Source: Candidatus Kerfeldbacteria bacterium
GTDB taxonomy: Bacteria > Patescibacteriota > Patescibacteriia > UBA9570 > XYC2-FULL-38-9
Assembly (NCBI GenBank): GCA_016182555.1
Contig: JACPGJ010000008.1
Coordinates: 220,272-284,271, forward strand
Direction: 5' to 3'
DNA: 64,000 nt
Shown here: piece after piece, positions 58,295-64,000 of the stretch
Numbering within the stretch: position 1 is the stretch's first letter
How the letters are laid out: every line of letters starts with the position of its first letter
Notes under the pieces: generated by a model
What the model was told of the DNA's origin: nothing
Seen by the model: only the letters and a program-made list of their open reading frames with translations
Database searches by the model: none
Made by a program: the position numbers and the translations under genes

Positions 58295-61200
58295 ATGCAA
58301 ATCTCTATTTTCTCCCTCATTATGTATCATTCCTGGTTAAGAAAAATCATTCTTGGCCTCAGCTTCATGGGCATGCTTTTTCTTTGTTCCGCTTCTTCAA
58401 CATTTGCCGCTACTTGGACAGTGAATTCTCCTGAAGATTCCAGTGACGGCAGCTGCACAATGCCCTATACCAACGTCAGCAACGATTGTACATTACGTGA
58501 AGCTGTGGCTGCAGCGAACGCCACGAGTGATGCTGATACGATTACCTTCAGTATCGATAGTTCATTTACATCGAATGCTTCATATTATGCGGATGGACAA
58601 TATACCATTACCCTTGCTTCTGCTGTCACAACTATTTCTGGTCCGACGACCATATCTGCCGCAAGCAGTTGGGATAGTACACACGATCGACCAGGAATTC
58701 GTTTATATAGCAGCAGTACGTCATTTAACGCCCTCACGTTTGGGAGTGGCGCAACGAACAGCCGTGTCTCGGCTCTTGAGTTGGCAGGATTCAATACCGC
58801 GATCACCGCAAGCGGAACAGGAATGACTATTGGAACGAATTGCGATGGAGTGGATGATTCCGCTGAACGAAATATTTTACATAGTGGCATTGTTGGCATT
58901 GCAGCCAACAGTGCGCAATTTCATATTACCGGAAATATCATTGGATTAGATGACGATGGCGACACCTATCGCGGATATAGCAAACAAAGTATCAATATCA
59001 CCGGTGCGGCAACCGATAACGGTATCATTGGTTTTCATGAAGGCAGTACCGGTAGTTGTTCAGCAGCGACACAACGCAACATCATTGCCGGGAGTACAGG
59101 TTCATTCGCAACAATTGCTGTCACTGGAACGGGAACCGCGAAACTTGCTGGCGATACCGCCCTTGGACCAGACCATATCAGTATTGCGGGAAATTATATT
59201 GGAGTCGATGTGACCGGAACCAAAAATCGCAGCGGAAAACAAAATAGCGGAACAGGAAGTGGCAGTGGGGTGGTTGTTTCAAACAACGCCACACTGAATT
59301 GGATCGGCACAGACGGAGATGGGCTTGATGATGAGCAAGAGCAAAATGTGATCGTATCCGCCAGTGTTGGTGTGAGTTTAAACAACGGCAATAATCGTGC
59401 AGCAGGAAATTATATCGGCGTGAATGCAATCGGAAACACAACCATGGGAAATACCATGTTGGTCGGCATTATTTTACGTGGCGTGAGTAGTATTGCTGGT
59501 TGGTGTGACACGAGTATTCATGCGGCACTCTGTTTTGATGGTGGATCCGAGACAAACCAACGAAATGTGGTGGGTGGGGCAACTTTAGAAGGCATACGAT
59601 TTGGTGTCGATGCCGATTCTTCTCTTATCTATGGAAATTATATTGGCGTAGGCGCCGATGGCACGAGCGATATTGGCAATACTACCGTTGGTGCTTTTGT
59701 GCATCGTGCATCCAAAAATAATCGTATTGGTGGTACGGGCTCACGCGCAAATGTGATAAAATTTAACGGCATCGGCATACAACTCAATGGCAGTTACACC
59801 GGCACGCCAACAACACGAGCGTCGCAGACACCGATGACGAACATTACCATTGCGGAAAATACCGTGACTAATAATGATACGATTGGCATTCAAGCCTATT
59901 GGACAGAAAATTATGACACGACGGTGGGCGTTGACAGTATTACGATCAATAATAACACCGTAGAAGATAATGGGACGATTGGTATTGATGTATGGGGATC
60001 TTCACCGACCATTGATGGGAATACGATTCGCGATAATGGCAGCTACGGCATGTCTATTCACCCTGCCTTCATTGCGTACAATACTTATACTGAAGCGGTG
60101 GAAAGTTATTCACCGGCAGACGCGGCTACGAATCTTGGTGCGTTTCCGATCGTTACGAATAATACGCTTGCCAGAAATGGCGCGGAGGCCATCTATCAAC
60201 TCGATGCATCAGCAGAAAATAGCAACACGTTGTATAGAGATAACACCTTTGGGGATACCAATGGTTTTTCCGCGATTGCACAAACATGGTATGGCGCATT
60301 GGAAATTCTTGATCGCGATGGAAACCCGATTCCAACGGCGACATGGACAAGTACCACAGGTATACTGACTCCCGAAGATACCGCTTTGCTCGATACAGCG
60401 CGGGAAACGAGCGCGGCAAATGATGTGAATGGAAGTGACATGGTTTTTGGTCCAAGCGGAATAAGCTACACAGATGTACGCACCTGGTTGGTGATGACTG
60501 CCTATACAGTCAGCGGTGACGGAACACAAACTGATTTTAATACTTATACTGTTCGCAGTGACGGAACGTATGCTGCCGGTGCAGCACATGCAACGACATA
60601 TACATTTGACGGACTCGATAATGAAACCGCGTATGCTGATGTGCTTCCCAATGGCATACAAACCGATGGAGTCTATCGATTTCAAATTGCCAAAGTGCGC
60701 GCGTCCACAATTCCTGAAACACCAATGAATAACACACCCAACGATGGGTCTATTGACCTGCCGCCAGCCAGCGTCACACTCCAAACTTCCATATTTAACG
60801 ATGCGGAAGAAACACATCAATCTTCAATTTGGCAAATTTTTTCTACGGTGGAAGCGTGTGATACAAATGGAACTGCAGATATATTCGATATCACTTCTTC
60901 TAGTGCGTTAACGAATCTCACGCTATCTGCTGATGTGCTCACGGAAGAAACAACGTATTTCTGGCATGTCGCATATATCAATTCCTACGACAACGTCAGC
61001 AATTTTTCTCCCTGTACATCGTTGACGACACTTCGTACAACACCAGCATTATCTTCCGCTATCCCTGATCAACAATGGAATGAGGACGAACAGTTGAATA
61101 ATGCGGTTGATTTAGATGATTATTTTACGGATGCTGAAGGAGAAACACTAACCTATACTGCAGTGGTGACCGACATGGAACACATGAATGTACGCATTGA

Positions 61201-62938
61201 TACGGAAACACATATCGTTTCCTTTACTGCCACGGAACATTGGTTTGGTACTGGTAGTGTTATCTTTACAGCGTGCGATACCGACGGTCAATGCGAATCA
61301 TCTAACAACATACAGCTTACAGTCAATACCGTGAATGATATTCCTGGAGCACCGATGGGTGGCTTTTTGCCAACCAACGAAACAACGGTGACCACATTCA
61401 CTCCAACACTTTCTTGGAATGATGGATCGGATATTGAAGATACTGGAGCGAACTTACAATATGAAATTCACATCAGTACACAACCGAATCCACAGACAGA
61501 TACATCCAGTAGCGTGTTGTTTAGCGCACTCGGTGCATCGACAATCACGTTGAGTGAAAAATTGTTAAACAACACAACGTATTATTATGCTGTACGAACG
61601 ATTGATTCCAATGGTGCGGTTTCGGATTGGTCGTTGATCGGTTCATTTGTGACTAACGTGGTGACTGTACCGACAATCACCCTTTCAAAAACCATTGAAG
61701 TGATTGATAGTGATAGCGGAGAAATGTATACGATTGCCAGAATCTATGACCTCACACCACCGTGTCGATTGATCACTGCGACAATGACTACCAATGACGT
61801 ACATCCGGGTGATACTTTGCGTTTTACGCTACAATTTAATAATATCGGAAATATACTCGCAACCTCCGCAGTCATCACAGACAATATACCTGCCGATACA
61901 GATTTTGTTATAGGGTCAAGCACACGCACAGAAAATGGAATATCCACTGCGTTTAATGATGCTACAACTGTGGATGGCACAAGTCTTTCTTTTGCTGTCG
62001 GTGCTGTTGCCGCAGGAACTAGCCAAAGTATTTCATACGATGTTGCGTTGAGGAATCCACTGGCGAATACGAGCATCGATTCTGCAGCCGCCCTATTCAC
62101 CGCAACAGAGATTGATGATGGATCTCAGGTGGTTTCCAATACAACGAGTGTACCCGTAACGTCCGGTACTGTCCGTCTACAAGTAAAAACCAGCGCTGGA
62201 GTGGGTATGCAAAATACCACACTGCGGTTATATATCGATAACGTGAATGTAGACAATGAAATTCTCACGACAGCTACTGATGCCGATGGAGTCGCCATCG
62301 TGAATGGATTACGTGCCGGTACTTACTGGGTGGAAGCGCTAGTAGATAAAACACGCTATACCATTCCAGAGCCGCAGTTGATTATATTGACGTATAACGC
62401 CACAACAACGAGCACATTGACGATTGCTGATGAACAAAAAAAAAGCGAATCTGATGACGTCGTTGAAGATACAAAACCCGATAACACAGATGACTCTACG
62501 TCAAATGCTGATGAACAGGAAGAAAATGATACGCCCAAAGATACCTCTGATGAAAATGAAACCACAGAACCAGATGATGGAGAAGCATCGGTAGATGAAG
62601 CTGATGATACGACCAATGACCAAGCCGTTGAACAAGCGGTGATACCTGAACAAATAAATAGTGCAACCACACATAATTATTATATCACGGACAAAGCGTA
62701 TCTTGGGGCAAACAACACTGAAACAACAACGGAAACCACCGTCTCTGCGCCAACCAGTGGACAAATCATTGACGAAACGAATGCAACAACCAAACAATCA
62801 CCGATCACCAATGAAGAAGTGACTGGTTCAAATAGTCAACCAAAAAAACGACGAGTGGCAATCGTGCTCATTATCATGACCAGTGCGTTACTCCTATTGC
62901 TCAATCGCAAAAAATTATTCAAACATGGGGATCGTTGA
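58295..62938 (+). CDS. Large surface protein: CSLREA-type N-terminus, beta-helix, cadherin/Ig/FN3, DUF11, acidic stalk, C-terminal TM
   Basis: Signal peptide; DCTLREAV; GNYIG repeats; DLDDYFTDAEG; YYYAVRTID; PGDTLRFTL...ITDNIP; KKRR-TM-RKK. Confidence 0.85.
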   Translation: MQISIFSLIMYHSWLRKIILGLSFMGMLFLCSASSTFAATWTVNSPEDSSDGSCTMPYTNVSNDCTLREAVAAANATSDADTITFSIDSSFTSNASYYADGQYTITLASAVTTISGPTTISAASSWDSTHDRPGIRLYSSSTSFNALTFGSGATNSRVSALELAGFNTAITASGTGMTIGTNCDGVDDSAERNILHSGIVGIAANSAQFHITGNIIGLDDDGDTYRGYSKQSINITGAATDNGIIGFHEGSTGSCSAATQRNIIAGSTGSFATIAVTGTGTAKLAGDTALGPDHISIAGNYIGVDVTGTKNRSGKQNSGTGSGSGVVVSNNATLNWIGTDGDGLDDEQEQNVIVSASVGVSLNNGNNRAAGNYIGVNAIGNTTMGNTMLVGIILRGVSSIAGWCDTSIHAALCFDGGSETNQRNVVGGATLEGIRFGVDADSSLIYGNYIGVGADGTSDIGNTTVGAFVHRASKNNRIGGTGSRANVIKFNGIGIQLNGSYTGTPTTRASQTPMTNITIAENTVTNNDTIGIQAYWTENYDTTVGVDSITINNNTVEDNGTIGIDVWGSSPTIDGNTIRDNGSYGMSIHPAFIAYNTYTEAVESYSPADAATNLGAFPIVTNNTLARNGAEAIYQLDASAENSNTLYRDNTFGDTNGFSAIAQTWYGALEILDRDGNPIPTATWTSTTGILTPEDTALLDTARETSAANDVNGSDMVFGPSGISYTDVRTWLVMTAYTVSGDGTQTDFNTYTVRSDGTYAAGAAHATTYTFDGLDNETAYADVLPNGIQTDGVYRFQIAKVRASTIPETPMNNTPNDGSIDLPPASVTLQTSIFNDAEETHQSSIWQIFSTVEACDTNGTADIFDITSSSALTNLTLSADVLTEETTYFWHVAYINSYDNVSNFSPCTSLTTLRTTPALSSAIPDQQWNEDEQLNNAVDLDDYFTDAEGETLTYTAVVTDMEHMNVRIDTETHIVSFTATEHWFGTGSVIFTACDTDGQCESSNNIQLTVNTVNDIPGAPMGGFLPTNETTVTTFTPTLSWNDGSDIEDTGANLQYEIHISTQPNPQTDTSSSVLFSALGASTITLSEKLLNNTTYYYAVRTIDSNGAVSDWSLIGSFVTNVVTVPTITLSKTIEVIDSDSGEMYTIARIYDLTPPCRLITATMTTNDVHPGDTLRFTLQFNNIGNILATSAVITDNIPADTDFVIGSSTRTENGISTAFNDATTVDGTSLSFAVGAVAAGTSQSISYDVALRNPLANTSIDSAAALFTATEIDDGSQVVSNTTSVPVTSGTVRLQVKTSAGVGMQNTTLRLYIDNVNVDNEILTTATDADGVAIVNGLRAGTYWVEALVDKTRYTIPEPQLIILTYNATTTSTLTIADEQKKSESDDVVEDTKPDNTDDSTSNADEQEENDTPKDTSDENETTEPDDGEASVDEADDTTNDQAVEQAVIPEQINSATTHNYYITDKAYLGANNTETTTETTVSAPTSGQIIDETNATTKQSPITNEEVTGSNSQPKKRRVAIVLIIMTSALLLLLNRKKLFKHGDR

Positions 62939-62949
62939 GTTCATTTCGC

Positions 62950-64000
62950 TCAACGAAAAAATTTATCAGCTTTATCTTGTATTTCTCTCTTTAATCTCCC
63001 CGCAGCTTGATCTTTAGCATCCACTTGATCTGGTGTGAGTGGACGTCTTCCTTGTACATTTTTTCCTGTTTCTTCGCGCACTCTATTCAGTGTTGCCAAA
63101 AATTCTTGTCTCTCTTCTGAAGAATCGTGGTTCATATAATAACTGACATGCTCTAAAAAATCTATTTGAGCTGGCGTCAATTTCGTATCAAGAAATTTAC
63201 GCATGTCCAGTTGGAGGGCTGGGTCTGATACTGCTTGAGTAGGATCTAAAATAGGCGCGTCTTCCTTGTATATATTGTCCATTTGAGACCGCCCACCCTG
63301 TTTTGTTAACCAAATCGTTACGTGCGCATATAATCGTTTCATGACTTCGGCCAATACTTTATCTGGTACAACGTTATCTGTTGTTTGTTCTGCCTGAAGA
63401 GCAGCAATATCTGACTGAGACATCATACTCGGATAATGTATTGCGTCCGGGGTATATAACCGTTGCCAAAATGATTGTGCGATATCTTCAACATCTTCTG
63501 TGGGAATATAGCCTAATTCATTGAATAATCTTTTTTCAATGTATGTATAAAAATATCCTTGCAATCGCATCACATGCCCGGTTGATTGTTTTAACGTTGT
63601 ACGCTGTTCTTGATTAAATATTGCTCTTTTATGAGATGCAGAGTGTTCCGCACCTTGGTGTTGCACTGTTTCTGAGAGCATAGATTGCAATTGCGTTTCA
63701 GGTGGTATCACACACACTGCTGGGTATATGTGAATAAGATTGAATAAATTAGGTGCGTATTTTTTTAACCACTCATGATTAAAGAGTTCTGTTGTTTGTT
63801 GATCTTGCCAAGTTTGAAAAGCTAAAATGATACCCTCTTGCCATATTTGTTTAATTTCTGCTACATCGCGTTCAGATTCCTGTTGACGAGCCAGCTCCTG
63901 AGCATACTGCTTCATCGCTTCATCTAATAAACCTTGATGTTCTAATTGCTTTATCAATAGTGCGTACTTTGGAGTTGTTTGTATCCAGTTGAAAAAAGAT
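62950..64000 (-). CDS. Orphan protein (5' end off the window)
   Basis: Frame stays open upstream of 63957 to the window edge. Confidence 0.7.
   Translation of the reverse strand, partial: SFFNWIQTTPKYALLIKQLEHQGLLDEAMKQYAQELARQQESERDVAEIKQIWQEGIILAFQTWQDQQTTELFNHEWLKKYAPNLFNLIHIYPAVCVIPPETQLQSMLSETVQHQGAEHSASHKRAIFNQEQRTTLKQSTGHVMRLQGYFYTYIEKRLFNELGYIPTEDVEDIAQSFWQRLYTPDAIHYPSMMSQSDIAALQAEQTTDNVVPDKVLAEVMKRLYAHVTIWLTKQGGRSQMDNIYKEDAPILDPTQAVSDPALQLDMRKFLDTKLTPAQIDFLEHVSYYMNHDSSEERQEFLATLNRVREETGKNVQGRRPLTPDQVDAKDQAAGRLKREIQDKADKFFR

Noticed and set aside
1-64000. UGA reassignment (code 4 or 25)
   Set aside because: Conserved genes are uninterrupted and several end at TGA at expected positions.

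Overview
This is a bacterial chromosomal segment in the standard genetic code. The gene content points to a Patescibacteria/CPR genome (inference): short EF-Ts, tandem VirD4/TrwB-like ATPases, a Cys-rich CPR-type protein, many orphans and few SD sites. Left end (1.6-7.2 kb): a decayed island at the tRNA-Trp 3' end carrying an EcoRI-family adenine MTase, a HEPN-motif protein, RhuM and a DUF262-HNH nuclease. Next come tRNA-Trp, a HIT protein, rpmG, tRNA-Thr(TGT) and tRNA-Tyr. From 8.3 to 32.5 kb lies an accessory region with three Fic/Doc proteins, VOC, PadR/TetR/AraC/AbrB regulators, many gene remnants and an unannotated Com-like zinc ribbon. It ends at a tRNA-Thr(GGT) split by a compact 195-nt group I intron, the strongest finding. 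The right half is mostly core: ricT-like, tsf, rpsB, rpmE, prfA, prmC, clpB, a PfkB kinase, a DUF433/DUF5615 TA pair, a split-plus-fused VirD4-like module, secF, a secD with an apparently circularly permuted parvulin insert, and a 1547-aa surface protein. All family calls come from motif recognition by eye, with no database search.
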